DNA of 42,711 nt from a virus: positions 1-42,711 of IMG/VR virus record IMGVR_UViG_3300025520_000003; one strand, given 5' to 3'. Both the position numbers and the translations under genes were made by a program. This document shows, one piece after another, positions 9,333 through 18,788 of this stretch. The notes below the pieces were generated by a model that had not been told where the DNA came from, searched no databases, and saw nothing but the letters and a program-made list of their open reading frames with translations. The number at the start of each line of letters is the position of its first letter. The stretch's first letter is position 1.

Positions 9333-9686
9333 TTAAATATCTGCAACGTCCTGGGCAATATCTTGAGCGATTTGCTCAGGTGATGGCTCGCCGTCGGAGT
9401 TTGGCTCTGATGGCTGAGTAGGCACTTCTGAAGTGCTTGGTGGGGTTTGCCCATCTAAAGGGACAGGGGTGACTGTCTCCTCAGTCGTAGTTGCTTCAGG
9501 AGCTTGAGGAGTGGTTTCAACCACAGCTGGCTCTGTAACTACTGGGGCATTACCGTCAACAACTTCGACGACCCCAAGAGCTAAAAGCTCTTTGAGGGCG
9601 TCTTCTGTTTCGACAGGTACAACATCTCCGATGTTAAAACGTACACCGTTGCGCTTCAGGTTAGCAGTAAATCTAACTTGAGTCAT
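9333..9686 (-). CDS. hypothetical protein with an acidic Pro/Thr/Glu-rich C-terminal half
   Basis: The internal ATG at 9686 has a GGAG SD (gtaggagtatcaaaATG). The ORF follows the major capsid gene. Confidence 0.6.
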   Translation of the reverse strand: MTQVRFTANLKRNGVRFNIGDVVPVETEDALKELLALGVVEVVDGNAPVVTEPAVVETTPQAPEATTTEETVTPVPLDGQTPPSTSEVPTQPSEPNSDGEPSPEQIAQDIAQDVADI

Positions 9687-9696
9687 TTTGATACTC

Positions 9697-10632
9697 CTAC
9701 GCAACTACGTTTTTAATGAGGTAGAAGCAGTCAGCGTTCAACAGTTCGTAGTCGTAGTAGTCACGGACAAGGACTTCTTCACCACGTGGGTTGTTGAATG
9801 CTTCACGGGTAGCTTCACGGCCTTCTTCAAGGACGAACTTGTAACCACCGTTGATTGTCTTGCGGCCTGGCTTGTCAGTAATGTAAGCCAACCAGACGTT
9901 CTTACCCCAGACAGCGCTGAGTGAGTCGGTCTGACCTTCTACAGCAGTGTTCTCTGAGACTTTACCGATGATGACATTCTTAATGCCATAAGGAGCAAAC
10001 AACTTAATGAAGTCAGCCTCGGTCATGACACCAGTTTGACTCCACTTGATACGGTCGAGGAAGTCAGGGTGGTCAACCATCTGAATCCATGCTTCCCATG
10101 AGGTAATCAGGGTGTTAGGAATCTTCAATGTGCTGGCTTTCATGGCGATAGCAGCAGTCTTGATGTCTTCAAATGGTGTTGAGTTGGTGTAGTCGCTCCA
10201 CTGGTCAGTACCAGCAAGAGTCACGTTGTTGGTGATGATTGAAGTGTTTTGCAAGGTTGTTGCAAGGTCTTTCTCATCAATCAACATAAGTTTTTGCATG
10301 ATGTTCTCAACTGCGTCACCCAAAGCGTCGTATGGGTCGTCAGTCATGGTCATGTCGTCGTGAGTCACGAAGTCACTCAGTGAGTGTTCGTGCAGTGGGC
10401 CGTAGTCGTCTTCAGTACGACCAAGGCTAACACGGCGAGCCTTAGCTTCACCTGTACGAACAGATGAGCTAGGAATTCGCAAGCTTTCCTTGGTGTATCC
10501 TGCAACCTTAAAGGTCTTTTTTGGTACTTTAACGACTGGGAACACTCGTTCTGCGATGAAGTCTTCGTCATCGTTCATGAAGGCATTTGAGATACCCGTC
10601 AAGTGTTGGTCAATATATGCTGGTTGTGACAT
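9697..10632 (-). CDS. major capsid protein (lambda gpE / Mu gpT-like family)
   Basis: 311 aa. The N-terminal pattern (FIAERVFPVVKVPKKTFKVAGYTKESLRIP) is typical of the family. The gene follows the DUF2190 and protease/scaffold genes. Confidence 0.75.
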   Translation of the reverse strand: MSQPAYIDQHLTGISNAFMNDDEDFIAERVFPVVKVPKKTFKVAGYTKESLRIPSSSVRTGEAKARRVSLGRTEDDYGPLHEHSLSDFVTHDDMTMTDDPYDALGDAVENIMQKLMLIDEKDLATTLQNTSIITNNVTLAGTDQWSDYTNSTPFEDIKTAAIAMKASTLKIPNTLITSWEAWIQMVDHPDFLDRIKWSQTGVMTEADFIKLFAPYGIKNVIIGKVSENTAVEGQTDSLSAVWGKNVWLAYITDKPGRKTINGGYKFVLEEGREATREAFNNPRGEEVLVRDYYDYELLNADCFYLIKNVVA

Positions 10633-10664
10633 TTCTTTTATTCCTCGTGTTTATTCTTTAATTA

Positions 10665-11036
10665 TTAAACAAGTTCGTTGTACTTAATATATTCAACGAT
10701 GTCGCCTGCGACAGCGGCTCGTACTGCTCGACCAAATACTCGGTTGCCAGCTGTGGTTGTTGCGACTGCTTGACCACTTGCGTCGGTAGTTAAGTAAGCG
10801 CCCTTGGCAATCGTGCCACCAGCCTTGACCTTAAATGTACCTGAGCCATTGATAAGTTGAACGGTTGCGGTATCACCTGCGACACGGCCACCATCATTGA
10901 TAACACCGATAATGTCATCGGTTGCTGCGGTTGCAAGAACGAGCTTACCTGTTGCGTCAGTTTTAGCAACGTGATATTGCTTTTCTGATAGGTCTGCTGC
11001 GGTTAATGCTGAATATTCATCACCTGGTTGGTACAT
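10665..11036 (-). CDS. DUF2190-family head decoration-like protein
   Basis: 123 aa, Gly/Ala/Thr-rich beta-type sequence in the canonical position before the capsid gene. Confidence 0.6.
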   Translation of the reverse strand: MYQPGDEYSALTAADLSEKQYHVAKTDATGKLVLATAATDDIIGVINDGGRVAGDTATVQLINGSGTFKVKAGGTIAKGAYLTTDASGQAVATTTAGNRVFGRAVRAAVAGDIVEYIKYNELV

Positions 11037-11037
11037 T

Positions 11038-12228
11038 TTATTTGCCCTCCTTTAGAGCTTCTTGTGCTTGTTTCTTTGCTTCGGCATAAGTCAACTTTGT
11101 GCCAGCTGAGGCTGCAATCTTCATGACTTCAACAGTCTTTTCTTGCAGTTCAACTGCAGCGTCAACCTTGTCTTTGCCTTCGTCACCGATTTCGTTCTCG
11201 TCAGCAACTAATTTGTTGTCTGGGAGATTTTCAAGAAGCTCTTTGTTAGCTTCGTCGGCTTCAATTAATGTTGCCCATCGTTCGAGTTGGTCGGCCTTGA
11301 TAGCACCACGAGCGATGTGCTTGTCAGTAATTTCTTGTTCGATTGCTGCACGGGTCAAAGCTTTAGTAGCTTCAGCACTTGATTCAACCTTAGCATTGAG
11401 TGCGTCTACATCTTCTTTGCTCATGACAACTTTCTTACCGTCACGAATGTCGGCTAGTACCTGTCGGTCTTCAGCGCTAAATTGGTCAGCTTCTACTGGG
11501 GCAGTAGTGAAACCAAACTTAACTTTTTCTTCTTGTGATAGCTCATCTTTGTGTGCTTCAAGAAGTGCTTTGTCGTCAGCTTCCAAGGCTGAAGCCTCAA
11601 GAATGCGAACTTCATCGAGTGTTTTTGACATCTTTAAATCCTTTTCATTTTTAATATCGCTAATGAATAACATATTATCATCATTATCATCTTCAGCAAA
11701 CTTATCAGCCTTAACAGCGGTGAGTCCCTTAAAGAACGGAATGTTCGTTAGGGCAGCGCCGACTAAGGTGTTCGGTTTTGCTTCAGAATCATAATCTTCA
11801 GGGTCTACATAGCCGCCACGGTCGCTTGGGTAGAATGATGGGCTAAGACATTTGAATCGTTTACCAAGGATAGCTGTGCGGCCTACATCAGACCACTCAA
11901 GCTTAGTTGCCCAGAGTGCGTTGCCTCGTACTTCGACTTCCTCAATCCAACCAGCGGCTTCTGCCCACTCATTGTGTGAGAAATCAATAGGGAGGCCAAT
12001 AGAGCCTCCACCAGCACGGCCAACACCATTGTCGAAATTAGCTTTCATTTCTTCAAGGTCGGCTTTGGTAATCTTGAGCGCACCCTTTACAGAGTTAGGC
12101 CATGTTCCAGACTTAACAAGCATGATTTCAGATGGTAATTCATCATTAGAATCAGCCCTAATAGGTTGTAGAGTGTGAAGCGCTCCAGCGAATTTTTCTT
12201 TTGTGTTTTTGACCGCAGGTTGTGGCAT
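11038..12228 (-). CDS. Mu gpI-like head maturation protease with a C-terminal scaffold region
   Basis: 396 aa. The N-terminal part (LVKSGTWPNS...ADLEEMKANFD...LPIDFSHNEW...AAGWI) matches Mu-like prophage protein I from recall. The C-terminal half looks like an acidic coiled coil. Confidence 0.65.
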   Translation of the reverse strand: MPQPAVKNTKEKFAGALHTLQPIRADSNDELPSEIMLVKSGTWPNSVKGALKITKADLEEMKANFDNGVGRAGGGSIGLPIDFSHNEWAEAAGWIEEVEVRGNALWATKLEWSDVGRTAILGKRFKCLSPSFYPSDRGGYVDPEDYDSEAKPNTLVGAALTNIPFFKGLTAVKADKFAEDDNDDNMLFISDIKNEKDLKMSKTLDEVRILEASALEADDKALLEAHKDELSQEEKVKFGFTTAPVEADQFSAEDRQVLADIRDGKKVVMSKEDVDALNAKVESSAEATKALTRAAIEQEITDKHIARGAIKADQLERWATLIEADEANKELLENLPDNKLVADENEIGDEGKDKVDAAVELQEKTVEVMKIAASAGTKLTYAEAKKQAQEALKEGK

Positions 12229-12272
12229 ATTAGCCCCATTATGCTATAAGCATGATTAGTTTGTAAATAGGG

Positions 12273-13127
12273 TTATTTTTTCAGCTTATCCCATTCGGCT
12301 TGATAGATAAGACGGCGACCACAACGACACCCTGGGTGGGCGGTTGGGCCTTGCAGTTTATCACCGTAGAGATAATCGAATGGAACAGGGCCTAGCTTGG
12401 CATAATCAGCACAGACATCGGTTGTACCAACTGTTTGCCAGACCTTACCAACAGCACCCGACTGGAAGCCGAACTCAGTCACACCAGTTTGATAAGCATT
12501 GACGCTTTCAGTACGGGCAATCCGTTCAGCTCGCTTTGGATTCTTTATGACCTTGTTAATACGAGCCTTGGCTTCTTCATTCGTTTCACGCAGCGCTAGG
12601 CTGGTCTTAATAGATTCAGCAATATCTTGGCGCATGGTCTTTGTAATACTGTATTCGGCTTTTGGGTTGTCGATGATTGAGCCATCTGGTTCAACTCGCT
12701 TACCAACTAGTGCCGCAACCCTATCGAGGCTTAGTTTCCTAATGATAGCGTCGGTAGAATCAATCCCAAGGTTAATACCATAGAGGTTCTCGCCTGATTG
12801 AGCGCCAGCAACCACCATGCCGACAACGTATTCAACTGAAATCTTAATGAAGTCATCTGAGTAAGGGTCGAGGTATTCATCTCGAACAATGACATCAACA
12901 TTAAAGTCGGCGTTGACCTGGAGGTGGTAATTACCCCAACTGATGTACCTATCCATCTCGTTGGCCATCTTTTTAAAGAAGCGAATCATCGCCAGCGTCC
13001 ATTTGGCTTCGTTCTTTAGGAGTGCAGCATGAGTTTCAGGGTCTTGCTGATATTGCTTTGACCAATCTTCGGCCGCACGGATAAGAGCAATGGTTTGAAT
13101 TGCCTCTCGGTCAGTAGTATCGCTCAT
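12273..13127 (-). CDS. head morphogenesis protein (Mu F / SPP1 gp7 family)
   Basis: 284 aa with the motifs RTESVNAYQTG and HPGCRCGRRLIY. It follows the portal gene. Confidence 0.75.
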   Translation of the reverse strand: MSDTTDREAIQTIALIRAAEDWSKQYQQDPETHAALLKNEAKWTLAMIRFFKKMANEMDRYISWGNYHLQVNADFNVDVIVRDEYLDPYSDDFIKISVEYVVGMVVAGAQSGENLYGINLGIDSTDAIIRKLSLDRVAALVGKRVEPDGSIIDNPKAEYSITKTMRQDIAESIKTSLALRETNEEAKARINKVIKNPKRAERIARTESVNAYQTGVTEFGFQSGAVGKVWQTVGTTDVCADYAKLGPVPFDYLYGDKLQGPTAHPGCRCGRRLIYQAEWDKLKK

Positions 13128-13129
13128 GG

Positions 13130-14596
13130 TTAATCCCTGAGAATGATGTCAATTAGTTTCTTTTTCGCTGACTTTGCGTCTGCAATGATTGAAGCATTTG
13201 TCTGCTTTTCTTCGGCGTCTTCTTTATCGAGGTCGTCCGATTCCTTTTTAGAATCTTGTGGAGCGTCTTTCTGCTTTGTGTCATCTTTCTTTTCCTCGGT
13301 TGGGGTTGTGTCAGGCTGCTTGTGTCTTTCTTCGTATTCAGCAATCTCTTTTTCACTGAGTTCAGGCAGTCCAACCAGCTTACGCAGGCGGTTCTCGGTT
13401 TCGGCATTGGCGGTAATTGCTCCTGCGTTAATCAATGCTGATACGGCTGTCGAGATAATGTTGACATCATCATCAGCAATGCCGTTAATCACGTATCGTG
13501 GATAGTCGGTAACATTACTGTAGTTAAGGTCAACCAGTGTCTTAATGAGGTCATCTTGAATCGCTTTTTGGAAGTTCTTTGCAATACCTTCAAGTGATTT
13601 GTTGAATAGGCTAGTGTGGTCTTGGCTAACTGCTCGTGAGCCGCCAGCAGATTGGCCAGAACCTAACATAAGGAACTGAGCCAGTGCAGATAGAGCAATC
13701 TGGGTGTTAAGGTGTTCGATAGTAGGCAGCACTTCTTTGGTGCTTTGAGCTTGCATATCAAGCATTTCAACATCGACACCTTCTGGAAGTTCGAGGTAGG
13801 CTTCTTCGTTTGCTCGCATTTGTCGGAGTGAGTTCCTGGCTCGGTCGAGTTCAGGTTCAGACACAGTGCTGTTCGTGTTGGTCTTTCGCAGAATCGGAAT
13901 ACCAACAGACATTCGCTCAAGGGCAATAGCGTTCATAAGTTCGAGAGCGTCTTTAATCTTCCATGGCTTGTAGGCAGAACGGAGCATTGAAATACCAGCA
14001 AGGTTATCACCTTCACGTTCGTTGGTGATAATGATGAGCTTCATGCGTGGAATGCTGACACGAGCTGGCTTACCAGTCCCGACGTTGACGATATTTTGAG
14101 TGATTCCTGGTTTACTATCTAGCGTTGCCCACGCTTCAATAGTTCGTTGTTTACGGAAGGCGAGTTTCTTCAGGCCGATACGTGGCTTACCTTCAAAAGT
14201 AGTCAGTTCAAATACAATCTCGAAGACAGCGTGGCCAAACTCAAATGATGTCGCACCTTCACGTACAAAGTCAGGCCAGGTAATGTTTCGGTGGAGTAAC
14301 TCACGCTTCACGAAACGGGCAATCTCCTCATTGATGTCACTCTCATCGTCAGCCGCCTCAATGTCATGGTCAGCACCAATAATAGGGTTCTTGACGACAC
14401 TAAGGACGGCGTGAATCGTTGGGTCGCTACGTCGCATGATGTCATACGCTTGAAGTCCACGGATTCCCGTCAGGTCGTAGTTATATTCTTCGCTTGTGAT
14501 GAAACCCTTGTAGATAAGTGTTCCACTTTCACCAATTTCACTACCTGCTTTTGCTGGTAAACTTGGTTGATTTGGTGTTGGTGTTGAGTCAGGCAT
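13130..14596 (-). CDS. portal protein (DUF935 / Mu gp29-like)
   Basis: 488 aa, located after TerL. The N-terminal pattern (LQAYDIMRRSDPTIHAVLSVVKNPI) fits the family, and the C-terminal tail is acidic. Confidence 0.75.
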   Translation of the reverse strand: MPDSTPTPNQPSLPAKAGSEIGESGTLIYKGFITSEEYNYDLTGIRGLQAYDIMRRSDPTIHAVLSVVKNPIIGADHDIEAADDESDINEEIARFVKRELLHRNITWPDFVREGATSFEFGHAVFEIVFELTTFEGKPRIGLKKLAFRKQRTIEAWATLDSKPGITQNIVNVGTGKPARVSIPRMKLIIITNEREGDNLAGISMLRSAYKPWKIKDALELMNAIALERMSVGIPILRKTNTNSTVSEPELDRARNSLRQMRANEEAYLELPEGVDVEMLDMQAQSTKEVLPTIEHLNTQIALSALAQFLMLGSGQSAGGSRAVSQDHTSLFNKSLEGIAKNFQKAIQDDLIKTLVDLNYSNVTDYPRYVINGIADDDVNIISTAVSALINAGAITANAETENRLRKLVGLPELSEKEIAEYEERHKQPDTTPTEEKKDDTKQKDAPQDSKKESDDLDKEDAEEKQTNASIIADAKSAKKKLIDIILRD

Positions 14597-14617
14597 AATG
14601 TTAGTTCAAAGTATAAG

Positions 14618-16273
14618 CTAAAAGCCTCGATTAAGTCCACTGGTTATTGGTGTCATCTTACCACTTCCTCGACTATCCGTGTCACTTTTTCTTGTTGGAA
14701 TCAATGGTTGGCGGTTAGTCGGAGTGCGGTTTCCGCTGGCAAAGGCAAGAGCTAGGGCGTCTGAGTAGTCTGGTGACTTTCCACCAGTACGCTTTTTATA
14801 GTCATCTTTTGATTCAACCTGAATCTTACCTGAGCGGTTAATAAACCAGCGTCGGCCAGCCAGTTCATCGAATAATCGTTGGTCTTTTGGAATCGAAATC
14901 TCTTTACGAATAAACCAACCACGCAGATTCCAATACAGCTCGGCCGTAATGTCATGGAACTTCTCTGGTTGCTTCATATATTCCTTGCTGGAGAAGTTGT
15001 AGGCGGCCAATTGGTATTGGTGTGGTGCTTGACCTGATTCAGCCAGCTGCTTACTAATCTGCCGCAATCGGTCAGTCGTACCACCACCGTTACCCGTGTC
15101 GTCGATGTTAATACGGACGTTGAAATCCATTGGGTCGATAATGTTGAGGATTTTATTAGCCGATTCCATCAGGTCGGTCTTGCTCCAGCCGATAATGTTC
15201 TCAACCCACCCACCATGTCGATAGATATTCACAGTCATGTCATTACCCATACGAGCCATGTCCTGCCCATATTCAGGAGCGCCATCAGGAATATTCCAGC
15301 CAGATAGTTCAGCGAATGTGAGACCAGATTCTTCGTCAATACGGCTCATCTCCATCGCTTGAGTAATCAAGTGGGTAGGAATCAACGCTTGTTCAGCTTC
15401 GCTTGGGAATTCACCCATCACCAATGATTGCCAGGCAGGTGAGTCAAGCCCCCATTCGTGATAACGAGAGTAGACGACGCTTGGGCTAATAAGTCCGACG
15501 TACACAGGGTTCATCTTCTTTTGCAGCACGGCGTCAACTCGTGCCGTCCACTCAGCTTGAGAGATTCCTCCACGTGGCGTATAGACTTCGAGTAGCTTTT
15601 CGACTGTCGTAATACCTGTTGAGGTAAAGTTGGGCGTCATGAAGGCTGATACGGTAATGCGGTTGTAGCCTAGCTCTGGCTTTGTGAAGGCGTCGAAGAA
15701 CGTACCTGTCGGGCTGGTTGGGTTTCCAATCAGAAGAACGTGAGCGTTAATGTTTGGGGTAATAGCGGCCACACCCTTAAAGATAGGTTCATCAACACCA
15801 CCTGCTTCGTCCACTACCACCAAAATGAAGTCGGCGTGGTAGCCAAAGAAGTTTTCAGGTCGTGAAGTTGATAGCCCAACCGCATACCAGTCTGTATCCA
15901 GAGAGAGTCCAGCCTGGGTCACTTCCTTATCGGACAACTTGAAGCCTCTGAGTTCGGCTTTCTTAACGGCCGTGGCAATTTCACGCCAGAGAATGTCTGT
16001 GACCTGACGCCAGGTTGGTGCGGTTGTCACAACAATCGAGCCTGGGTGAATCATCAGAAAGGCGATAACGATACGGGCAGCAATGAAGCTCTTTCCGATA
16101 GCGTTGCAGGTCTTCACGGCCGTCAGCTTGTATTTGAAGACTGACTGGATAATCTCAACTTGAGTCTCCCACGGCAGCTCACCCAATACTTCGATGATGA
16201 ATTCTTCTGGTCGGTCTTGGAAGACTTCGAGAAGAAAGTCAACCTCAGATTCCGTTATGTTCGTCGTTGACAT
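14618..16273 (-). CDS. terminase large subunit
   Basis: Walker A-like motif (CNAIGKS) and Walker B motif (LVVVDEAGG), followed by a C-terminal nuclease-size domain. I prefer the start at MSTTN (16273, SD AGGTGG) over the ORF-track start at 16306. Confidence 0.8.
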   Translation of the reverse strand: MSTTNITESEVDFLLEVFQDRPEEFIIEVLGELPWETQVEIIQSVFKYKLTAVKTCNAIGKSFIAARIVIAFLMIHPGSIVVTTAPTWRQVTDILWREIATAVKKAELRGFKLSDKEVTQAGLSLDTDWYAVGLSTSRPENFFGYHADFILVVVDEAGGVDEPIFKGVAAITPNINAHVLLIGNPTSPTGTFFDAFTKPELGYNRITVSAFMTPNFTSTGITTVEKLLEVYTPRGGISQAEWTARVDAVLQKKMNPVYVGLISPSVVYSRYHEWGLDSPAWQSLVMGEFPSEAEQALIPTHLITQAMEMSRIDEESGLTFAELSGWNIPDGAPEYGQDMARMGNDMTVNIYRHGGWVENIIGWSKTDLMESANKILNIIDPMDFNVRINIDDTGNGGGTTDRLRQISKQLAESGQAPHQYQLAAYNFSSKEYMKQPEKFHDITAELYWNLRGWFIRKEISIPKDQRLFDELAGRRWFINRSGKIQVESKDDYKKRTGGKSPDYSDALALAFASGNRTPTNRQPLIPTRKSDTDSRGSGKMTPITSGLNRGF

Positions 16274-16772
16274 CAACCACCTGACCTTCCTGGACGTTTG
16301 CCGCATTGCGACGTTTGTTAAGGAGCGCTGCCCATGAGTTGCCAGCTTCTACTTCGACTGGCTGGGTTGGCATGCGGAAGTTTGGGTCTACGTTAGCAAG
16401 GAATGTCTGCATTGCCCTGACGTCGCCTTTGCCGCTGACGGCCTTCACATACATGGCGTTGTAGACTTTCTGAACACGGGTCTGGGAGAAGATAACTTTG
16501 CGACGTTCGGCTACAAAATCCCAGAACTTTGGAATGTCACGACGCCACTTTGTCAGCGTTTCTCGTGATACACCTAGCCGTTCAGCGAACTGTCCGACGG
16601 TCATTTTCTTATACGTTCCATCTTCTTCAGTGATGAGTCCTTGCACCACACAGTAGTCAACCCAGGCTAATTGTTGTGCTGACAACATCGAAATATCAGT
16701 AATCTTACTCAACGCCAAACCACGACCAGGGTGCGGTGCTTCGTTTTGTGTCAGGCTTTTTGTATTTTCCAT
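16245..16772 (-). CDS. terminase small subunit (HTH-containing)
   Basis: 175 aa, immediately upstream of and overlapping TerL. It has an HTH-like segment (MTVGQFAERLGVSRETLTKWRR). Confidence 0.6.
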   Translation of the reverse strand: MENTKSLTQNEAPHPGRGLALSKITDISMLSAQQLAWVDYCVVQGLITEEDGTYKKMTVGQFAERLGVSRETLTKWRRDIPKFWDFVAERRKVIFSQTRVQKVYNAMYVKAVSGKGDVRAMQTFLANVDPNFRMPTQPVEVEAGNSWAALLNKRRNAANVQEGQVVDVNDEHNGI

Positions 16773-16788
16773 TTAGAAAAATAGTAGC

Positions 16789-16920
16789 TTAGTTGAGCCA
16801 TTTATTCAACGTCTGTTCTGCCTCTGCTGTTCTAATGCTATGGTCTATCACACCAATGAGCATGCCTGCTGGAATGGCCAACAAAATAAGCCACAAAGCG
16901 ATTTTATTCTCACGTTTCAT
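16789..16920 (-). CDS. small membrane protein (43 aa, below the ORF-track cutoff)
   Basis: Hand translation gives MKRENKIALWLILLAIPAGMLIGVIDHSIRTAEAEQTLNKWLN. It has an ATGA overlap with the upstream gene and one hydrophobic helix. Confidence 0.5.
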   Translation of the reverse strand: MKRENKIALWLILLAIPAGMLIGVIDHSIRTAEAEQTLNKWLN

Positions 16921-17198
16921 GCTCGATTAAATCCTTGTCCGTGGAGTGGGCAAGTCGATACCGTCATGCCTGTCCGACAAATACATGAGCCGCCAGTTGA
17001 TGTCATTCTGGTCGGGTCAAAACCTGCTGGAGCGGTTGAGCTTTCCTGGCTAGTGTAAGTGAACTGTGACTTGCTAATCTCAAGCACCTTCGCATGAGCC
17101 AGAGCGTCTTCTAAATGGCTTACAATCTTATTGCGCTGAAGGCTGTTTGGTAGTGCCTTTGCTGCAACGATTAAGTCTGAAATGTGTTCTGCAATCAT
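16917..17198 (-). CDS. hypothetical protein
   Basis: 93-aa ORF with 4-nt overlaps to its neighbours. Confidence 0.6.
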   Translation of the reverse strand: MIAEHISDLIVAAKALPNSLQRNKIVSHLEDALAHAKVLEISKSQFTYTSQESSTAPAGFDPTRMTSTGGSCICRTGMTVSTCPLHGQGFNRA

Positions 17199-17413
17199 GA
17201 TTTATCCTTTGCTTGTAAGTAACCTTCGAGTGTCTTTTTATCTATGCCTAAATGGAACGATAGCTTCTCAATCATCTTCTGTCTATCGGCTTTGATGAGG
17301 GCGAGTACCTGAGAGTGCCTAGCTCCGCATGTGTCGCAATCAACCTCGCCACAGTCTGGGAATATTTTGTCGATGGCGCTTAAAAGCTCTTGGTCTGTCT
17401 GGTTAGAGGTCAT
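17195..17413 (-). CDS. hypothetical protein with a Cys cluster (CGEVDCDTC)
   Basis: 72-aa ORF with 4-nt overlaps to its neighbours. Confidence 0.6.
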   Translation of the reverse strand: MTSNQTDQELLSAIDKIFPDCGEVDCDTCGARHSQVLALIKADRQKMIEKLSFHLGIDKKTLEGYLQAKDKS

Positions 17414-17670
17414 AACTGTTCAACCTTTCCGTCAGACCACTCAACTCGTGTGCCGTAATCTGGGTGAGCGTAGATATGGACGGTATAAAGGTCTTCGATG
17501 TCGTCCCACCAGACACAACTGCCAGAACCAACCAACCATCTTTGAGCCACTTTGCCATCTGAGAACACACACATCTCAAACTGAGGGTCTTTAGCGTCGT
17601 TATAGTTGGCTTTTTCAAACTCATCTTTAAGCTTTTGTGCTTCGGTTCGATATACGACGGCTGTTCTCAT
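17410..17670 (-). CDS. hypothetical protein
   Basis: The ATG at 17670 has a GGAG SD and overlaps the upstream stop (TGATG). The ORF track starts one codon earlier, at a GTG. Confidence 0.6.
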   Translation of the reverse strand: MRTAVVYRTEAQKLKDEFEKANYNDAKDPQFEMCVFSDGKVAQRWLVGSGSCVWWDDIEDLYTVHIYAHPDYGTRVEWSDGKVEQL

Positions 17671-17897
17671 CACTTTTCTCCAATCTTGTAGCCACGCTCA
17701 GAGGCTCGTTTACGTTGTTCTCTTTTGATGACGTTTTCGTAAGTGTCGTAAGACTGCTCTCTTGCTATATAGGTAGTGAGGGCGGCTTTGGCTTTTTGAG
17801 CTGCTGGGTAATTTTTGAGGCTACTGGCTGCCGTGGGGTCGCCGAGTAACAGTTCGGCTATCACTTCCTCTACTGTCAGTTCTTTACTGCTGGTCAT
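17670..17897 (-). CDS. hypothetical protein
   Basis: 75-aa co-directional ORF. Confidence 0.55.
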   Translation of the reverse strand: MTSSKELTVEEVIAELLLGDPTAASSLKNYPAAQKAKAALTTYIAREQSYDTYENVIKREQRKRASERGYKIGEK

Positions 17898-17939
17898 TTC
17901 CGCACTCCGTTCTCTTTGGCTGGTTCACCAGTTGTGATG

Positions 17940-18197
17940 TCAGTTGGCATTTGATTCTCCTTCTGTGTTAAGGGAGGCTTGAAGGCTTTTAACGATAGAT
18001 TGTTCGTCGTGTCCGTGTTCGCCTCGCATAATCTCGTATACGATTTCTTGTCGTTCTTCAACCACAGCCTTATCTCTCCATTGAAGGAGGGCTTTGCGAA
18101 CTATACCTTCTGCCTCTGGCATGTTGTATATGACACCAGCTCTGTAATCTCCCAGTATTTGCTCTAGCGTAGTATCTTTATGTTGTGGGGTGGTCAT
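17940..18197 (-). CDS. hypothetical protein
   Basis: 85-aa co-directional ORF. Confidence 0.55.
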   Translation of the reverse strand: MTTPQHKDTTLEQILGDYRAGVIYNMPEAEGIVRKALLQWRDKAVVEERQEIVYEIMRGEHGHDEQSIVKSLQASLNTEGESNAN

Positions 18198-18379
18198 GAC
18201 TTTTTCTCCTCTGGCATAAAGCTCACCGTGTCATCGTACATAACCATCGTCTGATAAGGATTGCCGTTTTTGTTGTAAACGACGCCTCCTACAAGTTCAA
18301 ATCCTCGGCTAGAGTAGTCCGTGACTTTTTCACATGGGACAACAACGTAATCCGATATATAACGCCAGGTCTCACTCAT
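18194..18379 (-). CDS. hypothetical protein
   Basis: 61-aa ORF with a 4-nt overlap to the upstream gene. Confidence 0.55.
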   Translation of the reverse strand: MSETWRYISDYVVVPCEKVTDYSSRGFELVGGVVYNKNGNPYQTMVMYDDTVSFMPEEKKS

Positions 18380-18381
18380 CG

Positions 18382-18597
18382 CTAATCCCTGCCTAAACTA
18401 ATTATCTTCACCAGAGCAACAATCATCAGCACGAATATGATAATTAAAATTGCCAGAATCGGTAGGGAATAGTCAACCAAATCGCTTTGAGCCTGTGGGT
18501 AATATGGTTCAGTCCCAATCATCTCACGAGTGACTTGCGCCGCTGGTTGCAGTTGGTAACTTTGGGTTTCTTCGAGTGGTAATATTTCTTGTGTCAT
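18382..18597 (-). CDS. hypothetical C-terminally membrane-anchored protein
   Basis: 71 aa with a C-terminal hydrophobic helix (LPILAILIIIFVLMIVALVKII). Confidence 0.55.
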   Translation of the reverse strand: MTQEILPLEETQSYQLQPAAQVTREMIGTEPYYPQAQSDLVDYSLPILAILIIIFVLMIVALVKIISLGRD

Positions 18598-18788
18598 TTT
18601 TCATTTCTCCCTTGTTCAGCTCCTTGGTGAGCTGCTAATACAACCAAATCTCGAATTGCTTTTAGCGTCTTCTCGTTCAGCCGACGACCAGACAATCCGT
18701 ACTCAATTGCATTTATTCTATTTATATGTTGTCGCAAGGTTAGTGGTCGCTTGCGTTTCGGTTTGAATTGTGGGATAAGTTCACTCAT
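18594..18788 (-). CDS. hypothetical basic protein
   Basis: 64 aa with 4-nt overlaps on both sides. Confidence 0.55.
   Translation of the reverse strand: MSELIPQFKPKRKRPLTLRQHINRINAIEYGLSGRRLNEKTLKAIRDLVVLAAHQGAEQGRNEK

Noticed and set aside
11099-11794. 231-aa plus-strand ORF
   Set aside because: It is antisense to the protease/scaffold gene and encodes low-complexity Ser/Ala/Leu sequence. That is the typical shadow ORF of a Glu/Lys/Ala-rich coiled-coil gene. The same reasoning applies to 37079..37651, 12499..12783, 13143..13505, 7764..8081 and the other plus-strand ORFs inside minus-strand genes.
16840-17058. 72-aa plus-strand ORF
   Set aside because: It is antisense to two well-packed minus-strand ORFs (16789..16920 and 16917..17198) and has no SD.
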